Source: a virus. From it: a stretch of 32,871 nucleotides of DNA. Below are positions 14,651-22,916 of the stretch, piece after piece (position 1 is the stretch's first letter; the number at the start of each line of letters is the position of its first letter). The position numbers and the translations under genes are program-made. The DNA is taken from the IMG/VR virus record IMGVR_UViG_3300027509_000010; one strand, 5' to 3'. The notes beneath the pieces are model-generated. The model was not told the DNA's origin. It saw nothing but the letters and a program-made list of their open reading frames with translations, and searched no databases.

Positions 14651-15132
14651 CTATCGGCGGCGCTTGTTTGCTTTCTTGGCCGCTTTCTCCTTGGCCTTCT
14701 TGATCTCCCTGTATGCCTTGAGGAGGGCCTCCTCCTCGTCGGTGTCGAGTGACATGTAGGTCTCCCAGGAGACCCCGGTGTGAAGGCAGGTGATCCAGGC
14801 CGCCTTTAGCTCTTGGCGGTGGTTCGCTTCCCAGCGGGCGCTTTCGCTTTTGGGGCCTTCTCCTCGCCCGCCAGTTCGTAGTCGCTGTCCAGGAATTCGT
14901 CCCAGGTCATGGCCTCGTTGCCGGGGACTCGGCGGACGGCGATGTAGAGCAGTTCCATCTCCAGGGCGAAGATGTCCACGCCGTCTGGCATGACGACCTC
15001 TCCGTCCTCGTCGCGGCCGGTGCCCATGAGGTCGGCCATGGTGCATCCGGTGTTCTTGCCGAAACCCAGCTTTTCGCGCTTGGTGAGTGTGGAGAACTCG
15101 GGGGCCTTGAGTGTGTTTGCCTTGGTTGCCAT
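14651..15132 (-). CDS. Tail assembly chaperone -1 frameshift product (gpGT-like), 160 aa
   Basis: A -1 slip at C_CCA_AAA (revcomp of 14848-14854) joins the G frame to the ORF frame ending ...SESARWEANHRQ...KKANKRRR, with its stop at 14651, 13 nt before the tape measure ATG. Confidence 0.7.
14806..15132 (-). CDS. Tail assembly chaperone (gpG-like), 108 aa
   Basis: It is located directly upstream of the tape measure gene and contains a CCCAAAA slippery heptamer 14 codons before its stop. Confidence 0.8.
   Translation of the reverse strand: MATKANTLKAPEFSTLTKREKLGFGKNTGCTMADLMGTGRDEDGEVVMPDGVDIFALEMELLYIAVRRVPGNEAMTWDEFLDSDYELAGEEKAPKAKAPAGKRTTAKS
14848..14854 (-). promoter_or_regulatory. Programmed -1 ribosomal frameshift heptamer CCCAAAA
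   Basis: The plus strand reads TTTTGGG. In the G reading frame the minus strand reads GCC CCA AAA GCG, an X_XXY_YYZ pattern. Confidence 0.7.
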
Positions 15133-15161
15133 GGTGGTTTGCTTCCTTGTTTGTAGGTGAC

Positions 15162-15542
15162 TCAGTCGAGCCCGTGGTCCCGGATGATCCGGGCCAGGCC
15201 CCTATCGTAGATGGCCAGGACCTCGGGGAGTGACAGGTCGATGGCGTCGTAGATGAATGGCTGGGGTTTGATGCCTCTGGCCTTCCAGCCCCAGTGAATG
15301 GGAGGGGCGTATGGGAGGGAGCCGAAACCCACGCGGACCACGCCGGTCTTGGCCTGGGCGGAGGAGCGGACGGAGCCCTTGAGGCGTCCGGTGCGGACGG
15401 GGACGAGGCGCTCGGCGACTTGCTCGACGTGGTCGGCGGCGGTGGCGTGGACCTTGCGCATGTTGTCGGTGGCGCCCTCCACCTTGCGGAGTCCTCTGAT
15501 GAACTCGGGGACGCCGTCGATTTCAACCTTGGGCTGGGTCAT
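15162..15542 (-). CDS. HK97 gp10-family tail-completion / head-tail joining protein, 126 aa
   Basis: VPVRTGRLKGSVRS...VRVGFGSLPYAPPIHWG resembles the gp10-family signature (tG.L..S..., YA..vefG). The start is preceded by GGGAGGA. Confidence 0.75.
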   Translation of the reverse strand: MTQPKVEIDGVPEFIRGLRKVEGATDNMRKVHATAADHVEQVAERLVPVRTGRLKGSVRSSAQAKTGVVRVGFGSLPYAPPIHWGWKARGIKPQPFIYDAIDLSLPEVLAIYDRGLARIIRDHGLD

Positions 15543-15563
15543 GTTGGTCCTCCCTGGAACGAC

Positions 15564-15619
15564 AAAAACCCCGCCCCGTGGAAGTTGGTCACCTACGAAC
15601 CAAGTTTCCAGGGGCGGGG
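15564..15619 (-). terminator. Strong intrinsic terminator downstream of the major tail protein gene
   Basis: On the minus strand: ccccgcccctggaaacttggt, a 9-nt loop, accaacttccacggggcgggg (about 19 bp with small internal loops), followed by TTTTT. Confidence 0.75.
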
Positions 15620-15639
15620 TCGGCCGGGGTTGCCGCTTG

Positions 15640-16068
15640 CTAGGCGGTGGCGAATACGGGTTCGCCGATGGCGGTGAGCTCGAAATCGAATTCCGTCTTT
15701 TCACCGATGCCAGCGTCGACAAATGGGACCGATGGCAGGAACGCCTCGAACGTCGCCGTGGGGTTGCCCACTGCTGGAGTCCCAGCGGCGTCGGTTGGTT
15801 GGATGAGGATGGTCTTGCGGGTCTTGCGCATCGCGTGCAGGAGGTTCCAGGCGCCGTCCGCTCCGAACGACTGGAGGAGCGAGATGGACGAGGTCCAGGT
15901 GGTAGTCCCTGGTTGCTCCAGGCCGGGGGCACAGAACGTCTCCACGTCCTCCAGGTTGTCCTCGGGGACCAGTGAGAGGTTGCGGCCGTGGCACTTGAGC
16001 TGTAGCTCGTTGGGGCCGCCTGGGTCGATTGTGATGAGTGGGTCCACCATCAGGTGAGCGTCAGCCAT
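15640..16068 (-). CDS. Major tail (tube) protein, 142 aa
   Basis: Small acidic protein in the tail-gene position, followed by a strong terminator, which is typical of highly expressed structural genes. The call rests on position and sequence style, not on a search. Confidence 0.6.
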   Translation of the reverse strand: MADAHLMVDPLITIDPGGPNELQLKCHGRNLSLVPEDNLEDVETFCAPGLEQPGTTTWTSSISLLQSFGADGAWNLLHAMRKTRKTILIQPTDAAGTPAVGNPTATFEAFLPSVPFVDAGIGEKTEFDFELTAIGEPVFATA

Positions 16069-16141
16069 GGGGTTGCCTTTCGTTTGCGGGGGTTGTGGGT
16101 TCCGGGTTCCAGGCTACTCGGTGGACCTGGAGCTGTCGGTC

Positions 16142-16306
16142 TTAGTCGTCGACCTTAGGAGGCTTAGCGCCCTCAATGAGGTCAGGGCGGACACGGGTCA
16201 GGAAATCGAGGGTCCGGCCGGGTGGCACGGTGTCGCCCTTTTTGTAGGTGGTCCCGGCGTGCTCGAATGTGCCGGTGGCCTTGAATGTCTTGGGGGTCGT
16301 CTTCAT
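16142..16306 (-). CDS. Small hypothetical protein, 54 aa (below the ORF-track size cutoff)
   Basis: My translation is MKTTPKTFKATGTFEHAGTTYKKGDTVPPGRTLDFLTRVRPDLIEGAKPPKVDD. AAGGAC lies upstream of the ATG. The ORF fills the gap between two structural genes. Confidence 0.5.
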   Translation of the reverse strand: MKTTPKTFKATGTFEHAGTTYKKGDTVPPGRTLDFLTRVRPDLIEGAKPPKVDD

Positions 16307-16316
16307 GGGTCTGTCC

Positions 16317-16718
16317 TTACTTGAGGGTGGTGGAGAATGGGGCGAGGGTGACGACCATGGCCAGGAGGGAGGAGGACTCCGCCACGGAGGACGGGGGGCC
16401 GCTGGTCATGGCTCGGGGGCACTGGGCTCCGCTGGGGAGTGGTTGCTTGAATAGCTCGGCGAATAGCTCGACGACCCACTCCTCTAGCTGCTCCTGGGCG
16501 GCGACGAATTCGACGGCGGAGGCGAGGAGGGTGATTTGGAAAGTGACGTCCACGTCGCAGAACGTTCCGTCCGCTGCTGACAGCCAGTCCCCTGGGGCTG
16601 GTCGGATGCCTGCCGTGTCTGGCTGGGGGTCTCCCTCGACGTCGGAGGCGCATGGGATTCCCAGGACGGCGGTGACGGCGCCCGCGATTTCCTCGCGGAT
16701 GGTGCGGAGACGGGTCAT
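16317..16718 (-). CDS. Head-tail joining / neck protein (putative), 133 aa
   Basis: ATGA overlap with the upstream connector gene. The position lies between the adaptor and tail genes. Confidence 0.6.
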   Translation of the reverse strand: MTRLRTIREEIAGAVTAVLGIPCASDVEGDPQPDTAGIRPAPGDWLSAADGTFCDVDVTFQITLLASAVEFVAAQEQLEEWVVELFAELFKQPLPSGAQCPRAMTSGPPSSVAESSSLLAMVVTLAPFSTTLK

Positions 16719-17080
16719 GCCTCTGGTTGGTAGACGTACTCATGGAGCATGCGCTCGACGTCGGCGTCTGCTCCGCTGACTCGGACGAGTAGTTCCTGGG
16801 TGGCGATGACTCCGTTGGCGGAGTGGCGGCGGGTGAGGAGTCGGGCGCCGTCGAGGATGAGGGCGTCGCGGATGTCTGGCCAGCAAGTGTCTCCGCCCAG
16901 GTCGCTGGCGTCCGGGTCGTAGTTGGCTGGCATTGTGTCTGGATAGATGCGTCGCACGGCGAGCCGCTTGACGGTCTCCATGAGGTCGCTGACGAAAGGC
17001 GCGGCGGCCTGGGCCGTTGAGGTGTCTGTCCCCAACCATGTGGTGAGGTCGGCCCCTACGGGCCAGGCCACTGCGCTCAT
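16715..17080 (-). CDS. Head-tail adaptor / connector protein (putative), 121 aa
   Basis: It is the first sizeable gene after the capsid gene. Size and position are typical of gp6-like head-tail connectors. Confidence 0.6.
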   Translation of the reverse strand: MSAVAWPVGADLTTWLGTDTSTAQAAAPFVSDLMETVKRLAVRRIYPDTMPANYDPDASDLGGDTCWPDIRDALILDGARLLTRRHSANGVIATQELLVRVSGADADVERMLHEYVYQPEA

Positions 17081-17084
17081 CTCG

Positions 17085-17252
17085 TTACTTGCCTTTCTTC
17101 TTGGCTGCCGCCTTCTTGGCGGGCGCCTTCTTGGCGGGCTTGCCTGCCATGAAGTCGTCCAGCGTCTGGCACTGGTCGGCGGTGACGCCGTCAGGGAGTT
17201 GGTCCTTGCGGAACTGTTGCCCGCGATAGACCAACATGGTCACGTCTGCCAT
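17085..17252 (-). CDS. Small Lys-rich hypothetical protein, 55 aa (below the ORF-track size cutoff)
   Basis: My translation is MADVTMLVYRGQQFRKDQLPDGVTADQCQTLDDFMAGKPAKKAPAKKAAAKKKGK. The ATG lies 2 nt after the capsid stop, and the ORF fills the capsid-connector gap exactly. Confidence 0.5.
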   Translation of the reverse strand: MADVTMLVYRGQQFRKDQLPDGVTADQCQTLDDFMAGKPAKKAPAKKAAAKKKGK

Positions 17253-17254
17253 GA

Positions 17255-18514
17255 CTACGGAGCCACCGTGGCGAGGCGGACAACGTTGGCTGGCTGGAGA
17301 ACGTCGTTCATGCCTCGGGTCTCACCCAGGACGGTGAGCTTGTTCTCCTTGAACTGGTCGTTAACCCAGCCGGTGCGGACACTGACCGGCGAGCGCGAGA
17401 CCCACATCAGCTCCTCAATCGGTCCCAGGTAGGCGGTGCCTGCTGGGATGGCGGAGGTGCCGAACTTCTGGAGGTCCCATGGCTTGGTTGCTCCGCCGCC
17501 GTATGCGCCACCACCAAGGAACTGGCCGTTGGCGTCCGTGAGGAGGTCGAGGCGGGCGGAGTCCATGTTGTTCATGAGGAGGCCGGTGGCGTCGGAGAAT
17601 TCCTCCACGCCAGCGATGCCCATGCGGATGGTGGTGAGGAGGTCGGTGTCCCAGGCTTGGACCTGGACGCCGGTCAGGGCGGCGAGCCAGGTGGCGGCCT
17701 GGGCCTCAACGCGGCGGAGCACCCCGTTAATCATCACCGTGTCAATGAGTGATTTCATGTACTCATTGTCTGCCAGTGCCTCCTCGGTGATCTCGATGGA
17801 GTGCGCGATCTTGACGACGTTCTCGGTGAAGTCCGCGAACGTGAGGTCGCTGGGTGGCTTGGCGGCGCCCTCGGCGACGACGTCGGCGCCGTTGACGAAG
17901 GTGGCGCGGGTCGTGGTGATGGAGTCGCGGCGGGTGCTCATGCCGGTGTTCATGGCCGCCAGGAGTCGGCGGGCCTTGAATTGTGGGCCGACCACGCGGA
18001 TGGGGCCGGTGCCGGTGTTGTTCGCCTCGACCAGGTTCTTGGTTTCCACGCCGGTGCCTGGCTCCATTGAGACCACGCACTGGTCGCCGGAGGGGAGGCC
18101 GTCGGCCTTCTCGATGGCGGTGGTGTAGCCCTTGGACTCGATGAACTGGTCGCCCAGGCTCTTCTCCTCCACTGGTTGGGCGGCGCCCTTGATGAGGTGG
18201 AACACCTTGTCGCCGATGGCGTCGGTGATGTCCTTGGTTTCGCCGTCGTCAGCGGCGCCAGACTCGGCGCCTCCGGCGTCGGTGGCGGCGGCGGCGGTGG
18301 CCTTGAAACCATCCAGGAGGGCCTTGCCCTCGGCGGTCTTGGTTTCGACCTGGTCGCCTTCCTTGATGAGGCCGTCGAGGACGCCAGCCTCGACCAGGAG
18401 GGCGTCGTAGCTCTTCTGTTCGGTGTCGTCCATGGGGCGCTTTGCCTCGTCGGCTTGCGCCTGGAGGGCTTCCATCTTGGCGACCTTGTCGGCCAGTGCG
18501 TTCTTGAGTGACAT
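17255..18514 (-). CDS. Major capsid protein, HK97-fold, 419 aa
   Basis: It follows the prohead protease gene. An N-terminal coiled-coil delta-like domain (KVAKMEALQAQADEAKRPMDDTEQKSYDALL) precedes a capsid-like body. Confidence 0.88.
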   Translation of the reverse strand: MSLKNALADKVAKMEALQAQADEAKRPMDDTEQKSYDALLVEAGVLDGLIKEGDQVETKTAEGKALLDGFKATAAAATDAGGAESGAADDGETKDITDAIGDKVFHLIKGAAQPVEEKSLGDQFIESKGYTTAIEKADGLPSGDQCVVSMEPGTGVETKNLVEANNTGTGPIRVVGPQFKARRLLAAMNTGMSTRRDSITTTRATFVNGADVVAEGAAKPPSDLTFADFTENVVKIAHSIEITEEALADNEYMKSLIDTVMINGVLRRVEAQAATWLAALTGVQVQAWDTDLLTTIRMGIAGVEEFSDATGLLMNNMDSARLDLLTDANGQFLGGGAYGGGATKPWDLQKFGTSAIPAGTAYLGPIEELMWVSRSPVSVRTGWVNDQFKENKLTVLGETRGMNDVLQPANVVRLATVAP

Positions 18515-18549
18515 GGGGTTTCTTTCCTTGTTCGGGTGGTGGGGTTGCG

Positions 18550-19200
18550 TTAGAGGCCGTGCTTGAGCTTCAACAGTGCCAGGCGGTTGCGGGCGTCCAT
18601 AGATGCCTCCGGGGCCTCGTCTTGCGAGGGGCCGGTGGGGACTATGTCGGCGGACTTTGCCTCAATCATTGCTGTCTTTGGGTTCATACCTCGGAATAGC
18701 GGGCCTGCCTCGAATACTTGCATTTCAAGTATTTCACGCAGAGTCCGGCCCTCGTGGGTTATCCGGTTGAATCGCGTGACCTTGAATGTGAGGGAGAACT
18801 CGCGGATGCGGCCGCCCTTGAGGAGCTTGAATACCTGGCGCGCCCGGACGTCTTCTTTCTCCTTGTCCAGTCTGGCGTGAATCCAGAACCCACCATAGGG
18901 TCGCAGCTCCTCGGGGAGGAGAGGGTCGCCAGCGGCCAGCTCTTTCATATCCAGGGCGTATCCGATATGGGACGCCGGGTCATTGAAATCGTGAGCCCAG
19001 AGCACTGGCATGGGCTGGGCCGGGTTGCCCAGCCAGGCGGCGATGGCCTTGGCGACGGCGCCGTAGCGGATGACGTCGTTGTTGAAATCCACGACGTCGT
19101 AGACGGCCACGATGGCGGTGAATTCGTGGTCATCGCTTTCGAGGACTTTGACGGAGACGGGGAATGCCTTGGTTTCCATGGCTGGCTGGGTGGTGGTCAT
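18550..19200 (-). CDS. Prohead (capsid maturation) protease, HK97 family, 216 aa
   Basis: The start MTTTQPAMETK overlaps the portal stop as ATGA. Motifs VLWAHDFNDP and IREFSLTF resemble the catalytic His and Ser regions of S78-type proteases. The gene lies between portal and capsid. Confidence 0.85.
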   Translation of the reverse strand: MTTTQPAMETKAFPVSVKVLESDDHEFTAIVAVYDVVDFNNDVIRYGAVAKAIAAWLGNPAQPMPVLWAHDFNDPASHIGYALDMKELAAGDPLLPEELRPYGGFWIHARLDKEKEDVRARQVFKLLKGGRIREFSLTFKVTRFNRITHEGRTLREILEMQVFEAGPLFRGMNPKTAMIEAKSADIVPTGPSQDEAPEASMDARNRLALLKLKHGL

Positions 19201-20483
19201 GGGGTTGGCTCCTCTGTTGGGTTGGCCTCGGGGTCTTGGATGTAAATGGGGATGACCAGCTTGTCCATGGCTGGGTCGTCGTGGAATCGGGGGAGGTTGA
19301 GTTTCTCGCGGCCCTCGTTGGGGGTGAGTGTTGGCACCCCGGTGGCCTTGGCGATGGCCTCCATTTGTTCCCCAAGGTTGCCCTGGTTGCGGGTGGTGGA
19401 GAATTCGACGTACTCGTCCGGGGCCGCTCCCACGATGGGGAGGAGGCGGAGGTTGTATGCCTGCTGGACTTGGACGACGAACGAAGAGAGGACGGCGCTG
19501 TCCAGTATTTCGTTGTAGGCGGACACGTTTGAGTAGTTGGCGGAGTCGCTGGCGCCGACCAGGGTGGCGTCGACTCCGAAGAATGAGGAGACCTCTGCCT
19601 TGGAGATGACGCGGGCGGCGACTTGTTGGGCGTCGTGAGGGGACAGTCGGTTGACCTCCTGGACCTTCATGCCGTCCTCTAGGAGGCGGGTGCCGCCCTT
19701 GGTTCCGCCGCTCCATGAGGACTTGAATTTGTCGCGCACTGGCTTGGACCAGGAGGGGGCGGCGAGGGGGCGGCGGATGACGACGTCGAGGCGGGCGCCG
19801 TTCTCCCAGAGCTGGGCGCTGTACTTGGCGGACTCGTCTTGTTCCACCAGGATGCGCTTGATGGCGTCGATGGGTGACCCCTTGGAGGGGTAGGTGTCGA
19901 GCCAGAGAAAGTTGTCGAGCGGCCAGACGATGGAGTCGCCGTTGGGCATGTTCTGTCGGATGCCCTCGACCCCGCTGATGCTGTCCCGGTGGAACTTCCA
20001 GGTGGCTGGGTCCAGTCTTGAAATCTGCCAGCCGTGGTCTCCCATTGTGACCATGGCGGCGTAGCGGTCCCACATGCAGAGGTCCACGATGAGGTCGAAC
20101 ATGAATTCGTAGGGGGTCCGCTTGGAGCGTCCGCCCTTGTATGGCATCGGGTTGGCCATGAGCTTGGCGGCCGCCGTCTCGCGGTTGCGGATGCGGTCGC
20201 CGTTGTCACCCCTGCTGAATGAGTGGGCGACGAGCTGGGCGGCGTTCTTGGCCAGGAATTTGACGACGGTGCGGACGTGGGGTTGCCATCTCCAGATGTG
20301 GTGCGGGTGGGTGGAGAATGTGTTGCCGTCCCCTGCCAGGAATGACTCATAGTCCAGATACCCGCCATAGGTGTCGACTCCGTCGATGTTTTGGAGGCCG
20401 GGGGTGTTGGGGAGTCCATCGGCGAACGAATAGACGCGATTGTCGAGGGAGACACTGAGGCCCCCGGAGCGGATGAAATCCAT
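19197..20483 (-). CDS. Portal protein, 428 aa
   Basis: Size and position (after terminase, before protease) fit the canonical HK97-like order. Confidence 0.88.
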   Translation of the reverse strand: MDFIRSGGLSVSLDNRVYSFADGLPNTPGLQNIDGVDTYGGYLDYESFLAGDGNTFSTHPHHIWRWQPHVRTVVKFLAKNAAQLVAHSFSRGDNGDRIRNRETAAAKLMANPMPYKGGRSKRTPYEFMFDLIVDLCMWDRYAAMVTMGDHGWQISRLDPATWKFHRDSISGVEGIRQNMPNGDSIVWPLDNFLWLDTYPSKGSPIDAIKRILVEQDESAKYSAQLWENGARLDVVIRRPLAAPSWSKPVRDKFKSSWSGGTKGGTRLLEDGMKVQEVNRLSPHDAQQVAARVISKAEVSSFFGVDATLVGASDSANYSNVSAYNEILDSAVLSSFVVQVQQAYNLRLLPIVGAAPDEYVEFSTTRNQGNLGEQMEAIAKATGVPTLTPNEGREKLNLPRFHDDPAMDKLVIPIYIQDPEANPTEEPTP

Positions 20484-20746
20484 CAGACTCGGACCTGCCA
20501 GACGGTCACGCGGCGGACCTCAATGACGACGTATTCGCCGTCCATGGGGACCATGCCCTGGTCAGTGTGGGCCTCGGCGTTAGCCAGTCGCATGAGCCGG
20601 GGGCCACGTCCGACCAGGAGGCCGTCGATGGCCTCGCCCGTGTCGAGGTGCACCGTGACGGGGCGACCGTGGAGGGACTTGGCGCGCCATCCCGCCGCGC
20701 CTATGGCGAGGAGGATGGGGGCGGCGACGAGGAGGGCGAGGACCAT
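20483..20746 (-). CDS. Small membrane-anchored hypothetical protein, 87 aa
   Basis: N-terminal TM helix MVLALLVAAPILLAIGAAGW. The stop overlaps the portal ATG by 1 nt. Confidence 0.6.
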   Translation of the reverse strand: MVLALLVAAPILLAIGAAGWRAKSLHGRPVTVHLDTGEAIDGLLVGRGPRLMRLANAEAHTDQGMVPMDGEYVVIEVRRVTVWQVRV

Positions 20747-20803
20747 GGGGGTAGATGGTAGTGGCCTCTACCATACGGAGGCGCCACCCCTGGGGCATCA
20801 CCT

Positions 20804-22297
20804 CTAGAACGGGTCGAAATCGTAGTCCTCGTCATAGGCGGTGGACTTGGGCTCGATGGCGCCGGAGGCCCAGACCCCCACGGTCATGGCGGCGAGGGCG
20901 ACGGCGGCGGAGCTTTGTGCCCAGGCCCAGCGCTGGACCTTCTCGCCGTCCTCGCCCTGGGCGACTCCGTAGGCTCGGACGTTGGCGGCGCTGATGGCGT
21001 TGGTGATGTCGATGTCGCCCAGGTGCCAGAGCTTGCCCTCCTCGATTTGGTTGGCGACGTTCTGGCAGGCGGAGACGTAGCCGGTGGTCCCTACTCGGAC
21101 GACGGGGACCTCTGGTGTGGCGGCGGAGCAAACACCCTCCACCTCCTTGGCGAGTGAGCTGGCTGGACCCATTGAGTCGTAGGCCACGGCGTCCGGCCGG
21201 TTCTTGGCGACGAGGGCGGCGAGTCTTGCGGGGACCCAGGTGATGCCGGGGGAGGATTCGATGGTCTCGGTGTGGAGGTCTCCGTCGACTCGGTGGCCGG
21301 TGGCGTTGATGAGGGCGCCGTCCTGTTCGGGGTTGAGGGCGACGGTGTAGACCAGGCCGCCCTCGATGCTGGACTTGCTGTCGACCTGGGCGGCCCAGTC
21401 CCCGGTGGCAATCTTGTCCTGTTTGGTTCCCTTGTCTCCGGGGAGTGGGTCCCAGGCGCCAAGGTGTTCGCGGACGAATGTCTTGGGGAGGAGGAGCCGC
21501 TGGTTGACCATCCAGTCCTCATTGAACCTGCCGAACTCCATGGCGGAGCTGGCCAGGTACCAGTTGGCACGGTCGTCCTCGTCCGGGAGGATGAACACTG
21601 GCCGCCCGTGCTGGTCCATCGTCCAGCTTTCCGCGGTGCGCTCCAGCCACACCATGGTCCCCACTCGCTGGACGAACGAGCCGCCAGCAAAGTCCTTGCC
21701 GTTGGCGATGATGGCCTTGAGTCGGAGACCCCACCAGTAGGCGGATGAGGCCAGGCCGCCAGAGCCAGCGAACCATATTTGGGAATGTTCGGCGACGCCA
21801 CTGGCGGGCGAGCTGGCGGCGACGTGCTCCTCCGGGAGATGCTGGGCCTCGTCGTAGACCACCAGGGACACGTCGTCCAGGCCGCGGCCTGCCTTGCCAG
21901 AGCGAGCACGGTAAGCGATCACGCCACCAGACAGGAACGAGATGGTGGGGCCGGGAGACTTGCCGTATGCGATCTGGTCGATTTCGGCCTCCAGCCATGA
22001 GCCCATGATGGCGGCCTCCGCTCGGTCGAATGCGTTCTTGGCCGTCTCCATGTGGTGGGCCGTGTGCATGATGCGATCGGAGAGGACGTGGGCGCCGTAA
22101 AGCTCGCGCGCCTGGAGTCGTTCGCCCTTGCCGTCCTGGCGGGTGTCGCAATCGGCGACGGTCTTGGATTTCCAGGAGCCGCGCCGGTCCACGACCATCT
22201 CCTCCTGGAGGCATCCCGCTTGGTACGGGTCGAATGTCGTTCCTAGTGAGGCGGCGAACTCGATGCACTCGTCCGCCAGTGCGGTGGCCTTGCTCAT
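20804..22297 (-). CDS. Terminase large subunit, 497 aa
   Basis: Walker-B-like LVVYDEAQHL in the N-terminal ATPase half and a nuclease-like C-terminal half. The gene lies upstream of portal and has an ATGA overlap with the upstream small gene. Confidence 0.9.
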   Translation of the reverse strand: MSKATALADECIEFAASLGTTFDPYQAGCLQEEMVVDRRGSWKSKTVADCDTRQDGKGERLQARELYGAHVLSDRIMHTAHHMETAKNAFDRAEAAIMGSWLEAEIDQIAYGKSPGPTISFLSGGVIAYRARSGKAGRGLDDVSLVVYDEAQHLPEEHVAASSPASGVAEHSQIWFAGSGGLASSAYWWGLRLKAIIANGKDFAGGSFVQRVGTMVWLERTAESWTMDQHGRPVFILPDEDDRANWYLASSAMEFGRFNEDWMVNQRLLLPKTFVREHLGAWDPLPGDKGTKQDKIATGDWAAQVDSKSSIEGGLVYTVALNPEQDGALINATGHRVDGDLHTETIESSPGITWVPARLAALVAKNRPDAVAYDSMGPASSLAKEVEGVCSAATPEVPVVRVGTTGYVSACQNVANQIEEGKLWHLGDIDITNAISAANVRAYGVAQGEDGEKVQRWAWAQSSAAVALAAMTVGVWASGAIEPKSTAYDEDYDFDPF

Positions 22298-22677
22298 TTC
22301 TTGGCCCCGGTCCGCTTGCCTGGTCTCCGGCCGACAGTCTTCTTGCGACTGGAGCCAGCCCCGCGGCGGCCCTCGAACTTGGCGACGGTCCCATCCTTGA
22401 CGCCCTTGTCCTCCGCTGCTTTCTTCTTGGCGGCCGCCGTCTCCTCCTTGGCCTCCGCCGCCGCTCGGAGTCGGTCCGTGTCGATGCGGGTCAGTCGCTC
22501 GTTGATTTGCCGAAGCTCCCGCGACAGCGTCGATGCCTTGGAGCCATCGGTCTCCGCCTTGAGCAATTTGCGGAGCTGGACGCGCTGTTCCTTGAGGTCC
22601 TTGATTTCCTCGGTGCGCGCTTTCGACGTCGAGGAGCGCGAGCGCTTGCGGGCGGCGGAGCTGGCGGACTCGGTCAT
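22294..22677 (-). CDS. Candidate terminase small subunit / basic coiled-coil DNA-binding protein, 127 aa
   Basis: It is translationally coupled (ATGA) to TerL. The protein is very basic with coiled-coil character. The call rests on position only. Confidence 0.45.
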   Translation of the reverse strand: MTESASSAARKRSRSSTSKARTEEIKDLKEQRVQLRKLLKAETDGSKASTLSRELRQINERLTRIDTDRLRAAAEAKEETAAAKKKAAEDKGVKDGTVAKFEGRRGAGSSRKKTVGRRPGKRTGAKK

Positions 22678-22880
22678 CGGCTTAGCGCCTTTTTGATTTC
22701 GCCCTCCAGGTCGCTAGGGGGGTCGAACGGAGAGAGGCAGTCTCCACGGGGGTGGGGGGGCTGGTGATTTTTCGAGCCCCCTGGGGGCTGGGGGTGGGGG
22801 GTGCCATGTGGGACTGTGCTGGAGGGTGTCTGGGTTGCCCGGATTTCGGCCTTGTACCAGGTGGGAGGGGGGGTGCCAGG

Positions 22881-22889
22881 TGGTATACT
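22881..22889 (+). promoter_or_regulatory. Extended -10 promoter element TGGTATACT for the plus-strand peptidase gene
   Basis: TGn-TATACT at 22881-22889 lies 27 nt upstream of the ATG at 22917. The leader carries GAAAGG 7 nt before the ATG. No good -35 is present. Confidence 0.4.
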
Positions 22890-22916
22890 GGAACCAAGCA
22901 ACCAGAAAGGCGCAAG

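Noticed and set aside
19201-20073. N-terminal 291 codons of ORF 18550..20073
   Set aside because: This Arg/Pro/Gly-rich frame lies entirely inside the portal gene. The protease-like sequence begins at the ATG at 19200, which overlaps the portal stop as ATGA.
20755-20774. 7-bp hairpin atggtag/ctaccat between TerL and the 87-aa gene
   Set aside because: The stem is short and no T tract follows on the transcribed strand. It is unlikely to terminate and is too weak to call as a regulatory element.
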